Part shown: positions 1-10,618 of the stretch, piece by piece
Numbering within the stretch: the first letter of the stretch is position 1
How the letters are laid out: each line of letters opens with the position of its first letter
DNA from: an uncultured Gemmatimonadota bacterium
GTDB taxonomy: Bacteria > Gemmatimonadota > Gemmatimonadetes > Palauibacterales > Palauibacteraceae
Direction of reading: 5' to 3'
Length of the DNA stretch: 64,000 nucleotides
NCBI GenBank assembly: GCA_964480515.1
Contig: CAYZOT010000001.1
Span: 215,288-279,287, forward strand
Made by a program: the position numbers and the translations under genes
Notes under the pieces: model-generated
What the model saw: only the letters and a program-made list of their open reading frames with translations
Told to the model about the DNA's origin: nothing
Database searches by the model: none

Positions 1-218
1 CCAGCAGAGGATCCGTGCAACCAAACTAGGCGGTCACTGTTCTGGTGAGTATTCCATCTTTCGATTGCTTGGACCGCCCGGCGACGGTCCAATATTTGTC
101 TCCCTACATCAGGTCGCGTAAAAGCTATAACTGACTGCAGTGTCGTACCCAAGGACGCAGCCGCAGCGGAAACGCGCTCACCTCGGTTCATTGGGCGTGC
201 AGAAGAGATCCTTGCCAT
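1..218 (-). CDS. waaA: 3-deoxy-D-manno-octulosonate (Kdo) transferase, N-terminal part (runs off the window edge)
   Basis: Not in the ORF track. Manual minus-strand translation from ATG at 218: MARISSARPMNRGERVSAAAASLGTTLQSVIAFTRPDVGRQILDRRRAVQAIERWNTHQNSDRLVWLHGSSAG. The end matches the WaaA 'W-x-H-x-x-S-x-G-E' motif, and GGAGG lies just upstream. Confidence 0.7.
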   Translation of the reverse strand, partial: MARISSARPMNRGERVSAAAASLGTTLQSVIAFTRPDVGRQILDRRRAVQAIERWNTHQNSDRLVWLHGSSA

Positions 219-255
219 CGACCTCCACCCACTGACCTGACCCGGAGTGCCGGGA

Positions 256-543
256 CTACCACTTAACCGAGCCTTCCTGGTCCGAATCTATTTCAGCTTG
301 TACATCCCCTTCACCAAAGAGGAAAGAACGAAGATTTGCATAGAGAAACTCTCGTGCACTCGGTTCATTCAGCTTGAGTCCGTAATGGTTGATAAGCAGC
401 ATCTGGTGCTGTTTCCACTCTTCCCAACAGTCGGCACAGATCGCCTCTACGACCCGCTCTCCCAACTCATTTGGAAACGGCTGCCGTTCGATCCGGTCAG
501 GGCTCTTGCGATCACATCGATCGCACCCGAAAGGTTCTGACAT
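256..543 (-). CDS. yggX: Fe(II)-trafficking / oxidative damage protection protein (YggX family)
   Basis: Motifs PFPNELG, ICADCWEEWK.HQMLLINHYGL and REFL are typical of YggX. Start placed at the second Met (MSEPF). Confidence 0.85.
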   Translation of the reverse strand: MSEPFGCDRCDRKSPDRIERQPFPNELGERVVEAICADCWEEWKQHQMLLINHYGLKLNEPSAREFLYANLRSFLFGEGDVQAEIDSDQEGSVKW

Positions 544-615
544 GGCTAGATTGGGCCGATCATTGAACACCTCAACTATTATGATCTAATGAGGGATTGG
601 AAACCCGAAGCAGGA

Positions 616-1731
616 TCACGGGTCGGTTCTCTGTCCTACCAACTGACCCAAGGCTTCCCACGGATCTCTCAGGCTCGCCTCCTGCATTAATACTTGTAAG
701 GTCCTTAAAATACTCTCGTGGCTCTGGTATACACTCTCGAACTCGTCGAGCCGTGTATAATAGAGTAAGCGCGATATCATCCAAGCGTTATTGAGTTCGC
801 CTGCGTCAAGGCGTCGCCCTGAATAGCGGGCTGACAGCTCATAATCATCATTGAATCGGCGAGCCGCATCCGCGAAGACTTCTCGTTTACCTTGTCGTTT
901 CTCGTCGTCCGACAGGTCCGATTCGTACACGGCGTTAAGAGGCTCGAGTACCGAGTGGAAGAACCGCCCGAAACGTCGAGTGTCCTCCCATCGTTGACGG
1001 GCGCGCCCACACGTGATCGGATCTTGCACTGCATCACAGAAAAAGGCGATCGCGCCCCGATTCCCTACAAAAGTGGCGAAACTCTCGTTGAAATCGGCTT
1101 GACCCTTCAGAAATAATGTACTGTGCGTAATCTCGTGTATAATTGTATCGACGAGTGCCAGGCTGTCGAGGCGCAGCGTCGTGGACATGATCGGATCCGG
1201 AAACCAACCGAGCGTAGAGAACGCGGATACGGGTTGCACAACCACATCGTACCCTTCTTCCTCAAGTTTTCTTGCCTCGGAAAAAGCCGCCTGGAAGTCG
1301 AAGTGTCCTTTGTATGGAACATGTCCCACTATCGGGAACCACCACGTTTTCCATTTGAGTTCGAATTCTGGGGCCGCAAGCACATTGAGGGCGAGGGTGT
1401 CTCGGTCCAGTTGGGCAAAAGTCTCATAGCTTCGACCAGCTCGCAAACCCAACTCATGCTCTGCGAAGTCGCGAACGTCGAGTACAAGGCGAAGCTTATC
1501 ACGCGTAAGCTTTGTCACAGCAGTATCATGAACCATAGCTCGAATCGGGCGTCGTGCGGACAGTATGCGTGCTTCTTCCCAACCGGCCTGAAGCACGTAC
1601 GTAGGAGAACAGCCAACCCATACGAGTGCAAACAGAACGAATCCAGTTCGTCCTAACCACTTGAGCTTGACTGGCCAGTCCACGCTGGATCTGTGGGGAA
1701 CGGCAGCACGTTCTTGTGAATTCTTAGGCAA
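616..1731 (-). CDS. Predicted zinc aminopeptidase lipoprotein (DUF2265-like)
   Basis: Lipobox-like WVGC; W.FPIVG.VPY.G.F; AFSTLGWF.DP; HEITH zincin motif followed by FNESFA. Confidence 0.8.
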   Translation of the reverse strand: MPKNSQERAAVPHRSSVDWPVKLKWLGRTGFVLFALVWVGCSPTYVLQAGWEEARILSARRPIRAMVHDTAVTKLTRDKLRLVLDVRDFAEHELGLRAGRSYETFAQLDRDTLALNVLAAPEFELKWKTWWFPIVGHVPYKGHFDFQAAFSEARKLEEEGYDVVVQPVSAFSTLGWFPDPIMSTTLRLDSLALVDTIIHEITHSTLFLKGQADFNESFATFVGNRGAIAFFCDAVQDPITCGRARQRWEDTRRFGRFFHSVLEPLNAVYESDLSDDEKRQGKREVFADAARRFNDDYELSARYSGRRLDAGELNNAWMISRLLYYTRLDEFESVYQSHESILRTLQVLMQEASLRDPWEALGQLVGQRTDP

Positions 1732-1738
1732 AGCTAAA

Positions 1739-4225
1739 TCAGTCCATTACGAAATTGATCATCCGGTCCTGTACGAAAATAATTTTCCGAATGTCACCAC
1801 CGGCCAAATGGCGGGTTACGTTTTCTTCCGTCAAAGCAGTCTCCTTCACTACCTCCTGAGATGCGCCTACGACCACCTGTATCGTCGCACGAAGTTTACC
1901 ATTGACCTGTACCGGTAGATGCAACACGTCAGTAAGCAGTTTGGCCGGATCATAGGTTGGCCAATCAGCATAATCGAAAATACTGGACTCGCCACCTAGC
2001 CTCGCCCAGAACTCTTCGGAAATATGTGGTGCGATCGGTGCCAACAAGATAACGAGTGGGCGAACCTCATCGAGGGAAGCGGTGCGGCCATCTGCTCGGA
2101 GCACATTCAGATAATCCATCATAGCCGCAATGGCGGTGTTGTACTCGAGGCCTTCGAGATCTTCGGTGACCTTCTTTATTGTGGCATGGAGCGACCGTTC
2201 CACCTCTTCATCATCAAACCCTGAACGCCCAGCCGTTACAGCTTTTACGACGCTATCCCAGAGTTTGTTCATGAAGCGGTGTGGTCCAGCCAGTCCACGA
2301 TCGCGAAAATCGCCCCCTGCCTGAAAAGGACCCAAAAACATGAGATACATACGAAACGTATCCGCACCGAATGTTGTCATGTATTCATCCGGTAAAATCA
2401 CATTGCCGCGTGATTTCGATATCTTGGCACCTTCTCTTATCAAAAGCCCATGCTTCCGAAAACGGTGATAAGGCTCTTCAGACTCCAAGTGCCCCAAATC
2501 ATGCAGCACCATCGTGAGGAAGCGCGAGTAGAGTAGGTGGAGCACCGAGTGCTCTTCGCCGCCAATGTAGCTGTGGACCGGCCACCACTTCCGAGTCCGC
2601 GCCGGATCGAACGGACGATCATCAAAATCGGTTGACGGGTACCGAAGGAAGTACCAACCTGAATCTAGGAAGGTGTCGGACACATCGGTTTCACGATGCG
2701 CTTCGCGACCACACTCAGGACATGTCGTCCTATAGAACTCCTGGACTCGCGCGAGCGGACTCACGCCCGTTGCTGTAGGACGGAAGTCTTCGACGTACGG
2801 CAGCCTGACCGGAAGGTCTTCTTCCGGTACCGCTTGGGGGCCACACTCATCACAGTAGATAATGGGAATGGGCGGCCCCCAGTAACGCTGTCTCGAGATA
2901 CACCAATCATGAAGTCGAAAATTGACCTCAGCCTGCGCGAACCCCGACTCAGCTAGCCAGTCTACTATGGCTCGCCCACCCTCATCGGCTTTCAGTCCAC
3001 TGAAGCGATTGGAATTGATGAGGATTTCTTCAGAGGTACAATCGACAAACGCCCCTTCGGTCAAACTCAGTTCGACGCTTGCCGGATCACTACTCTCAGA
3101 TAGCATGTCTTGCGAACACACAACCGGCGCAATGCGCAACCCATATTCCATCGCAAACTCGAAATCGCGCTGGTCATGGCCGGGAACGGCCATGATTGCG
3201 CCCGTCCCGTATCCCATGAGAACGTAGTCAGCAATCCAGACCGGCATGTCTTCGTTGCTAGCCGGATTGCGCGCGAACATTCCGGTGAATACTCCAGTCT
3301 TCTTTTGACCATCCGTCTTCTGACGTTTGACAAGATCAATTGTTGCAGTGGTTTCACAATACGCCTCAACCTCGGCGCGGTGGTCATCGGTGACGATTAG
3401 CGGAACGAGCGGGTGTTCAGGGGCCAGCACCATAAACGTAGCCCCGAAAATCGTGTCAGGTCGCGTCGTGAACACCTCGATCGCGATCTCGTCTTCTTCG
3501 GACTCCGCTCTTAGTGGAAACCGGATCTGAGCCCCTTCGGATCGCCCAATCCAATTTCGCTGGGCAGTCTTGGTGGTCTCAGACCAGTCGATCCAATCCA
3601 GGTTGTCTAGCAGACGTTGAGCATAGTCCGTGATCTTAAAAAACCATTGGCTCAGCTTCTGTTGCTCGACCGGTGTGTCGCACCGTTCACAGAGACCGCC
3701 AATCACTTGCTCATTTGCCAGTACAGTCTGGCAGGACGGGCACCAGTTGACGGGTGCTTCTTTTTTTTCGGCTAGCCCCGCCTTGAACAACTGCACAAAT
3801 AACCACTGCGTCCACTTATAATAAGTAGGATCAGTCGTATCAACGGTACGAGACCAATCGGTCATAAGACCTGCTGCCCGGAGCATCCGCTCAAAATTTG
3901 CAATGTTAGATGGGATGAGCTCCAACGGATGCGTATCGACCTTGAGCGCATAATTTTCGGAATGGATCCCAAACGCATCATATCCGATTGGCTCAAACAC
4001 ATCGTCGCCCTGAAGCCGACGGAACCGTCCATAGATGTCCGCCCCGGTAAAGGCGTACAGGTTCCCCACGTGCAGACCTTCGGCGGACGGGTACGGATAC
4101 ATCATTAGGTTGAAGAACGGGCGCTCAGCTGCGTCCAGGTCGGGCTCGTTCGTCCCGTTCTCCTCCCAAAATGTTTGCCACTTCTTTTCGACCTCACTTG
4201 GGTCGTAAGTCGTGTATTCCGTCAT
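1739..4225 (-). CDS. leuS: Leucine--tRNA ligase
   Basis: MYPYPS..GLHVGN (HIGH), FTTRPDT editing domain, WCISRQRYWG, KISKS (KMSKS variant), C-terminal VQVNGK. Confidence 0.98.
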   Translation of the reverse strand: MTEYTTYDPSEVEKKWQTFWEENGTNEPDLDAAERPFFNLMMYPYPSAEGLHVGNLYAFTGADIYGRFRRLQGDDVFEPIGYDAFGIHSENYALKVDTHPLELIPSNIANFERMLRAAGLMTDWSRTVDTTDPTYYKWTQWLFVQLFKAGLAEKKEAPVNWCPSCQTVLANEQVIGGLCERCDTPVEQQKLSQWFFKITDYAQRLLDNLDWIDWSETTKTAQRNWIGRSEGAQIRFPLRAESEEDEIAIEVFTTRPDTIFGATFMVLAPEHPLVPLIVTDDHRAEVEAYCETTATIDLVKRQKTDGQKKTGVFTGMFARNPASNEDMPVWIADYVLMGYGTGAIMAVPGHDQRDFEFAMEYGLRIAPVVCSQDMLSESSDPASVELSLTEGAFVDCTSEEILINSNRFSGLKADEGGRAIVDWLAESGFAQAEVNFRLHDWCISRQRYWGPPIPIIYCDECGPQAVPEEDLPVRLPYVEDFRPTATGVSPLARVQEFYRTTCPECGREAHRETDVSDTFLDSGWYFLRYPSTDFDDRPFDPARTRKWWPVHSYIGGEEHSVLHLLYSRFLTMVLHDLGHLESEEPYHRFRKHGLLIREGAKISKSRGNVILPDEYMTTFGADTFRMYLMFLGPFQAGGDFRDRGLAGPHRFMNKLWDSVVKAVTAGRSGFDDEEVERSLHATIKKVTEDLEGLEYNTAIAAMMDYLNVLRADGRTASLDEVRPLVILLAPIAPHISEEFWARLGGESSIFDYADWPTYDPAKLLTDVLHLPVQVNGKLRATIQVVVGASQEVVKETALTEENVTRHLAGGDIRKIIFVQDRMINFVMD

Positions 4226-4394
4226 TAATCGGCCCCAGGCGTATACGCGAGACGGCGGGGCCCCATGGGTCCCGCCGCTTCCGAGAAGATGGCGACAGCT
4301 TTCGACCGAAACAACGTTAAGAGTCGGCCCGGGTAACCAATAAGGGTGGGGCCGAGCGGCAAGCTCGGCTAAATCCTATCGGCGTTCGCGATCG

Positions 4395-4809
4395 CTACTC
4401 TGTGCTAGACCCTCTAGCCATCATGTCGTCGAGGCTCCACTTCCCTGCTCCAGCCGTCCATAGGAAGAGAAATAGGAAACAGAAAAGAACGGATCGTTCG
4501 CCACCATTCTGAATCGGCCAAAATCCTTGAGGAAAGTGTGCCATCCAGAAGGCTACCGCCATTTGCCCGGCTAGAATGAAGGCCACGGAGCGAGTTTTGA
4601 ACCCGATCAAAATCAAGATGCCACCGAAGAATTCCAAAATTCCAGCAATCCCGAGGGGCCACGTCAACCAGCCTACCCCGGCTCCGGTGTCACCCACCCC
4701 ACCTAGCCAACCAAACAGCTTTTGTGCACCATGCTGCCAGAACATGAGTCCGGTGACAATCCGAAGTGCCGCGTGTGTTGTGCTCTTACATCCGTCGGGT
4801 GCCTTCACT
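4395..4809 (-). CDS. DoxX family membrane protein
   Basis: LRI..GLMF..HG.QKLFG, EFFGG, G.G.WSLD. Start re-placed at GTG 4809, downstream of an AGGAGG Shine-Dalgarno. Confidence 0.88.
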
Positions 4810-5070
4810 GCGCCTCCTGGTTGGGGCTTGACCGAGATTTGCCCCCTTCTCTGATTATCCTGTAGGGGGCACCGTTCACATATCGTGGCCCTATAATGAG
4901 GACCGCTATCTGTCATATCATACTAGCGTGGAGGATCTTACTCGAGCCAAAGCAATGCAAGGGCGAGTTCATGGTGAGATGAAAGCGAAATCGCCTCATT
5001 CGACTGCTCATGCCAGTTTATTCGCTACTTTGCTTGCTCTCCCGCGGCACTCGCCATACCGTGGCCCCCT

Positions 5071-5826
5071 ATGTCAGAGCACACCGCGTTCTCGGGAAGT
5101 GTCCCTGTGGGCGTTGCCGTCGCTCTCCTAGTATCACTCCGCGAGCTTGACACTCCTGCCGACCCGGAAGTGCTCGGAGAATCAGATCTTCCGCTCAACC
5201 TACGACGGCGATTAGGTCTATCTACTGTCGTTATCGATCAAATCCGTCGTTACGAACAGCACAAGCGAAACGTTAGTGCGACCGAAGTGGCAAGCTTATT
5301 TGAGCTCATAAGCCGACGAGTTGATGCCCGTCGCATTTTCGAAGATGCTGGCAAGCGTATCGCACTAGAAGATTACTCTGGACGTCGCCTGTTATCCAAA
5401 CTAGGCGTGAGGATCACGCCTCAGCGTCTTCGGTCTTATCTCGCATGGAACAGAGTTCGAAGAATCACTCGGCGGATCAGTCCAGGAGCCACTATAAGGG
5501 TTGAACGAAAGGTGCACACGCTGACAGTTCAACACAGCCTCTCAGCGACTGCAGCCGAAGGCGGCACGGGGTGCTCCGTCATTAATGGCATGATTCGACA
5601 AGTCTTTACGGACTATCGAGCCGGAGACTCAAAGGTTAAGCATACAACGTGCGAAGCCCGCCTCGGGGACTACTGCCAATGGTCTCTCGAATCGGTGGGA
5701 CCCAGCAAAAACAAGAGTCCCGATTCGACAACTCATCACGAACAGGCCGGAAACGGGGCCACAAGCGACGAAAAAAGCGCCACCACGACCTCGCCGATTC
5801 ATTCCGATTCCGTCGCTATAGACTGA
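5071..5826 (+). CDS. Hypothetical protein with a V4R-like C-terminal region
   Basis: Long ORF with a GC...CEARLGDYCQW Cys/Glu pattern resembling V4R ligand-binding domains. Confidence 0.5.
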   Translation: MSEHTAFSGSVPVGVAVALLVSLRELDTPADPEVLGESDLPLNLRRRLGLSTVVIDQIRRYEQHKRNVSATEVASLFELISRRVDARRIFEDAGKRIALEDYSGRRLLSKLGVRITPQRLRSYLAWNRVRRITRRISPGATIRVERKVHTLTVQHSLSATAAEGGTGCSVINGMIRQVFTDYRAGDSKVKHTTCEARLGDYCQWSLESVGPSKNKSPDSTTHHEQAGNGATSDEKSATTTSPIHSDSVAID

Positions 5827-6752
5827 GTGTTAGGCGACGGATCGAGCTCCGGCTCCACATGCACCGTCACATTTGAAAACCCCATTTCCATGGCGATCCG
5901 TTGCTCAACAGAATCGGCGATATCATGTGCACTGATCACCGACTCTTCTCGACCTACGTGAATGGTCAGTTCGGCAAAGCCAGCCCCCAATTTCCCCCGA
6001 GATCGGATTTGACTTGTCGTCTTAACACCTTTGATCGATCCGGCAACTTTTTCGATTTCGACGGGATCTAGTGCGCGCTCGTCAACGAGGACTGGGATCG
6101 TTTCACGAAGGATCTGAAAGCCTGACCAAGCGACCACAAGCGCCACAAGTAACGCTAGAACTGCATCCGCCCAAGTCCATTCAAATATCACGGTCACGAC
6201 GAGACCTGCCAGAACTCCAGCCGTTACGAATACGTCGGAGGCGGTGTGTCGAGCGTCAGCTATGAGAATTTCACTTGATAGCCGCTGCCCCGCTTTTGCC
6301 TCTCCTACAGCGACAACCCCGTTCACTAATATTGCTCCGGCAAGCACTGTGATCATTAGCGGGTCGATGCTCGGAGCACTTCCACCCTGAACCAGCCTAG
6401 TGATTGCTCCCTGGATTAGTTCGAAACACGTGACAGACAAGAATCCCGCCACTCCTAGTGCTGCGAGCGTTTCAAATTTCCCGTGTCCATAGGGATGTTG
6501 CTCATCAGGAGGTGCCGCAACCAATCGCATTGCGAAAAGCCCGACGAGGTTATTGACCGCGTCAATTCCCGAATGTGCGGCATCTCCGAAAACCGCAATG
6601 GAGCCAGAGCGAAGTCCCACAAATAGCTTGGCGACAATCACCATCAGATTCGCGACCAATACCCATACCAGAACGCGACGTACTTCACGGTGGCGGTCAG
6701 CAGTCAGAGGCCACTCGGAGGGATGAGGCTCATGCTGTTTGTGAATGTTCAC
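5799..6752 (-). CDS. Cation diffusion facilitator (CDF) metal transporter
   Basis: DAAHS..D, PPD..HPYGHGKFE, ADARH..SD, C-terminal VHVEP. Confidence 0.93.
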   Translation of the reverse strand: MNIHKQHEPHPSEWPLTADRHREVRRVLVWVLVANLMVIVAKLFVGLRSGSIAVFGDAAHSGIDAVNNLVGLFAMRLVAAPPDEQHPYGHGKFETLAALGVAGFLSVTCFELIQGAITRLVQGGSAPSIDPLMITVLAGAILVNGVVAVGEAKAGQRLSSEILIADARHTASDVFVTAGVLAGLVVTVIFEWTWADAVLALLVALVVAWSGFQILRETIPVLVDERALDPVEIEKVAGSIKGVKTTSQIRSRGKLGAGFAELTIHVGREESVISAHDIADSVEQRIAMEMGFSNVTVHVEPELDPSPNTQSIATESE

Positions 6753-7027
6753 CTCCGGAAGCGTCTTCCACGATCAAAACTGAGTCGACTCGAATCCTGG
6801 ACTTCCAAGTCTTCCTCGTCTTCCTCGTCTTCCTCATCTTTCATCTCGCTGGTGAGCGGTCGCCGACCACCACGCAGCAGCCACCTGAGCGGTGACTCGC
6901 GGGGGGCTTTTCCGGTTTTGGCGTCCTTGTCGTACATACCCGGATACCCGAGTCCGGCCCAAATGCCAAACGCGAACGCTAAAACTGCCGGAACAAGAAG
7001 AATCAGAAGGAGGGTCCCGTCGCTCAT
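6749..7027 (-). CDS. Small single-pass membrane protein
   Basis: N-terminal TM helix and acidic tail. GGAG precedes the ATG, and the stop overlaps the CDF start (GTGA). Confidence 0.6.
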   Translation of the reverse strand: MSDGTLLLILLVPAVLAFAFGIWAGLGYPGMYDKDAKTGKAPRESPLRWLLRGGRRPLTSEMKDEEDEEDEEDLEVQDSSRLSFDRGRRFRR

Positions 7028-7254
7028 CTATCTCCCAGCTTTATCGACAACCGATCAGCTCACAAAGATCATGAACCATAATACTAAGGCCTATATACCT
7101 TCCACAGTCGGTTCTCTTCGACGCATGCAAACTTCTTGCGTTCGTCTGCGCACGTCTTCTAATGTTAGACTTTCACGGACCGCTAAGTAGCGACCCTGGT
7201 GGAGCCCTGACAAGCCGCTGCCTCACTCTCCCGTATGATCTTGAGCGATAACCT

Positions 7255-9240
7255 ATGACAGAACCACACCGAGAGATTGACGTCCTCCTCGACGAAAAGC
7301 GTACCTTCGCGCCAACTGCCGAATTTGCGACGACTGCGCACGTGAACGACCAGTCGCCCTATGAAACAGCCGACCTGGACCGCCAAGCCTATTGGGAGCG
7401 TTTGGCCCATAAACTTGATTGGTTTGAGCCATGGGACGAGGTGCTGGCGTGGGATTCGCCATTCTCGAAGTGGTTCGTAGGTGGCAAGCTGAACGCCGCC
7501 CACAACTGTCTAGATCGTCACCTTGAAGCGCGAGGATCCAAGACGGCACTACTGTGGGAAGGTGAACCAGGGGACGTCCGATCGTTTACTTACCGTCAAC
7601 TCCATACAGAGGTCTGCAAGTTCGCAAATGCGCTCAAGGGACTCGGGGTTGAGAAGGGCGACAGAGTGGCAATCTACCTCCCCATGATCCCGGAAGCAGC
7701 AATCGCCATGCTCGCTTGTGCGCGGCTAGGTGCCCCTCACTCGGTTGTATTCGGCGGGTTTTCACCACAGTCACTACGCGACCGGATCGAGGATGCCGAT
7801 GCGAAGTGCGTAATAACGGCCGACGGCGGATACCGACGAGGTGAAATTGTACCACTAAAGCAAAACACTGACGCTGCGATTGAGGGGTTGGATTATGTGA
7901 CCAAAGTCGTCGTCGTACAGCGAACGGCGGCATCCAATCCAAAGAATGCGACCCATGGGACCTTAGTCGAAATTCCGACCTGCAATATGAGAACCGAGCG
8001 AGATCATTGGTATCACGAACTCATTGACCAGGCCTCAGAAAACTGCCCAGCCGAAATCATGGACTCAGAGGACCTGCTCTACATTCTCTATACTTCGGGG
8101 ACGACGGGAAAACCCAAGGGCGTCATGCACACAACGGGAGGATACCTGACTCAAGTCAATGCAACTTGCGAATGGGTATTCGACCTGAAAGAAGATGACG
8201 TCTATTGGTGTACTGCAGATGTAGGATGGGTAACCGGACATTCTTATATCGTGTACGGACCGTTGGCCAACGGTGCAACCATACTCATGTACGAAGGAGC
8301 GCCAAATTGGCCTGACCGTGGTCGTTTCTGGAACATTTGCGACAACTACAACGTCACGATCTTCTACACAGCACCGACTGCCATTCGAGCATTCATGAAG
8401 TGGGGCGACAAGTGGCCCGCCAAGTATGACCTGTCAAAACTTCGGCTACTCGGGACAGTGGGAGAACCCATCAATCCAGAAGCTTGGATCTGGTATAATG
8501 AACATATTGGGGGTGGTGGCTGCCCAATCGTAGACACATGGTGGCAAACTGAAACGGGCGGGATCATGATCACCCCACTTCCCGGCGTAATCACAACGAA
8601 ACCCGGAACAGCAACAGTCCCGTTCCCTGGCATTGAGGCAACAATCCTTGACGAAAAAGGAGACTCTGCCGAGAGCGGATATCTTGCCATCACATCACCG
8701 TGGCCATCGATGTTACGCGGCATTTGGGGTGATGAGCAGCGCTATCGAGATACGTATTGGTCCAAGTGGCCTGACATCTACTTCCCAGGGGATGGGGCTC
8801 GCGTTGATGAAGATGGCTACATCTGGATCATGGGCCGTGTCGATGACGTTTTGAACGTGGCAGGACATCGGATTGGGACTATGGAGGTCGAGTCCGCACT
8901 CGTTGACCATGAAACAGTAGCCGAAGCTGCAGTGGTCGGACGGAATGACGAAATCAAAGGGCAGGCCATTTCCGCGTTCGTGAGCGTGATCGATGGAACG
9001 GACACATCAGATGAACTGCGCGAGGAGTTGCGTGACCATGTGACCAAGCAAATTGGCGCCATTGCTAAGCCAGCTGATCTTATCTTCGCAGCCGAACTAC
9101 CAAAGACCAGAAGCGGAAAGATCATGCGTCGTTTACTCCGAGACGTAGCCGAGGGTCGTGCACTGGGTGACACGACGACGCTGGCTGACCCAGCTGTTGT
9201 CCAGGAACTCCAAGAACAGTATGCAAATAGCGAAGGATAG
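7255..9240 (+). CDS. acs: Acetate--CoA ligase
   Basis: [46 protein letters not shown]. Confidence 0.97.
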   Translation: MTEPHREIDVLLDEKRTFAPTAEFATTAHVNDQSPYETADLDRQAYWERLAHKLDWFEPWDEVLAWDSPFSKWFVGGKLNAAHNCLDRHLEARGSKTALLWEGEPGDVRSFTYRQLHTEVCKFANALKGLGVEKGDRVAIYLPMIPEAAIAMLACARLGAPHSVVFGGFSPQSLRDRIEDADAKCVITADGGYRRGEIVPLKQNTDAAIEGLDYVTKVVVVQRTAASNPKNATHGTLVEIPTCNMRTERDHWYHELIDQASENCPAEIMDSEDLLYILYTSGTTGKPKGVMHTTGGYLTQVNATCEWVFDLKEDDVYWCTADVGWVTGHSYIVYGPLANGATILMYEGAPNWPDRGRFWNICDNYNVTIFYTAPTAIRAFMKWGDKWPAKYDLSKLRLLGTVGEPINPEAWIWYNEHIGGGGCPIVDTWWQTETGGIMITPLPGVITTKPGTATVPFPGIEATILDEKGDSAESGYLAITSPWPSMLRGIWGDEQRYRDTYWSKWPDIYFPGDGARVDEDGYIWIMGRVDDVLNVAGHRIGTMEVESALVDHETVAEAAVVGRNDEIKGQAISAFVSVIDGTDTSDELREELRDHVTKQIGAIAKPADLIFAAELPKTRSGKIMRRLLRDVAEGRALGDTTTLADPAVVQELQEQYANSEG

Positions 9241-9329
9241 TCAGGTTCCACATCAATGGTTCCTGAGCTCTGCCGCAAAGCCTAATTTGCTTCTGGAGAT
9301 GGCGAATCTAACTATATTGCTCTGACCTC

Positions 9330-10568
9330 ATGAATACCGCGCTGTCACCTTCTGGTTCTGGGAACAGGTATCAACAACTCGCGTTGTTAGCCACCGCAGA
9401 GCTTTTCACCATGGCTCTCTGGTTCTCGGCGAGTGCAGTTGTTCCTGAGCTACGTGACACCTGGGGACTGACTAACAGCGATGCCGCCTGGCTTACGATG
9501 TCGGTTCAGATCGGATTCGTTACCGGCGCCTTTATTTCGGCCGCATTGACGCTTTCCGATGTGTGGGATCCACGACGATTAATTGCTGGTTCGGCGGTAC
9601 TGGGAGCAACCGCTACTGCCGCGATCCCTGCATTCGCAGATGGAATGGCACTGGCTGTTCCCTTACGGTTCGTGACCGGCCTCGCCCTAGCCGGCGTCTA
9701 TCCTCCCGGCATGAAGATCATGGCCGGCTGGTTTAGGGACGGTCGCGGGATGGCGATGGGAGTGATGATCGGGGCGCTTGCGATTGGGAGTGCCACGCCC
9801 CACGTCCTCCGGCCTCTGGGTGTGGCAGGTTCGTGGCAGATGCTCCTCTATGCGGCTGCGGTGCTAGCTCTGATCGGAGCCACGATTGCGAGACTGGGAC
9901 TGCGCACGGGTCCACACCAAACACCGGCCGCGGCATTCGATCCACGTGCAGTGCGCCGGATCCTTGGGGACCGGGCGACCATGCTCGCCAACGGCGGCTA
10001 CTTCGGGCACATGTGGGAGCTGTATGCCGTTTGGACCTGGGTGCCCACCTTTCTGGCCGCCAGTTTCGCTGCTGATCAAAGTGCGGCAACGACCCAGGAA
10101 ACGGCCTCCTATCTGGCGTTTTTAACCATTGCCATAGGAGGACTCGGTTCGACCGCAGCTGGAGTGCTTGCCGACCGAATTGGGAGAACTCTGATAACCA
10201 TCGTAAGTATGATCGTGAGCGGTGCATGTTGCATTATGATTGGTTTTTTGTTTGGCGGACCTACGTGGCTAGTCGTGGTTGTTTGTCTCGTATGGGGATT
10301 TGCCGTGGTTGCTGACTCCGCACAGTTCTCAACGTGCATCAGCGAACTCGGGGAACCCGAATACGTAGGCACCGCCCTGACACTTCAAACCGCAGTCGGT
10401 TTCCTTATCACGGTTGTGACGATTCGGCTTCTCCCCGTATGGGAGTCAGCCTGGGGGTGGGAGTGGGCTTTTGCACCGCTCGTAATAGGACCTGCGGTCG
10501 GCACGTGGAGCATGTTTGCCCTACGGAGAAGACCCGAGTCACGACGGATCGCCGGAGGTCGTCAGTAG
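9330..10568 (+). CDS. MFS transporter
   Basis: About 12 hydrophobic segments; G.LADRIGR motif A; GYFGHMWELYA. Confidence 0.9.
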   Translation: MNTALSPSGSGNRYQQLALLATAELFTMALWFSASAVVPELRDTWGLTNSDAAWLTMSVQIGFVTGAFISAALTLSDVWDPRRLIAGSAVLGATATAAIPAFADGMALAVPLRFVTGLALAGVYPPGMKIMAGWFRDGRGMAMGVMIGALAIGSATPHVLRPLGVAGSWQMLLYAAAVLALIGATIARLGLRTGPHQTPAAAFDPRAVRRILGDRATMLANGGYFGHMWELYAVWTWVPTFLAASFAADQSAATTQETASYLAFLTIAIGGLGSTAAGVLADRIGRTLITIVSMIVSGACCIMIGFLFGGPTWLVVVVCLVWGFAVVADSAQFSTCISELGEPEYVGTALTLQTAVGFLITVVTIRLLPVWESAWGWEWAFAPLVIGPAVGTWSMFALRRRPESRRIAGGRQ

Positions 10569-10618
10569 CGGTATCTTGGCTCATACACGCCCACTTCACT
10601 CTGCAGGCGGAGCCTTGG

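Noticed and set aside
109-254. Long imperfect hairpin (TCAGGTC...GACCTGA, inner CCCAA/TTGGG, GAAA loop) suggesting a 6S- or SRP-like ncRNA
   Set aside because: It lies within the minus-strand reading frame that encodes a convincing WaaA N-terminus, and it lacks SRP or tmRNA signature motifs.
4226-4394. GC-rich hairpins upstream of leuS as a possible T-box or attenuator
   Set aside because: No T-box consensus, specifier loop or U-tailed terminator could be recognised.
6809-6840. 9-bp tandem repeat TCTTCCTCG
   Set aside because: It simply encodes an acidic EED run in a small protein. It is in frame and gives no sign of phase variation.
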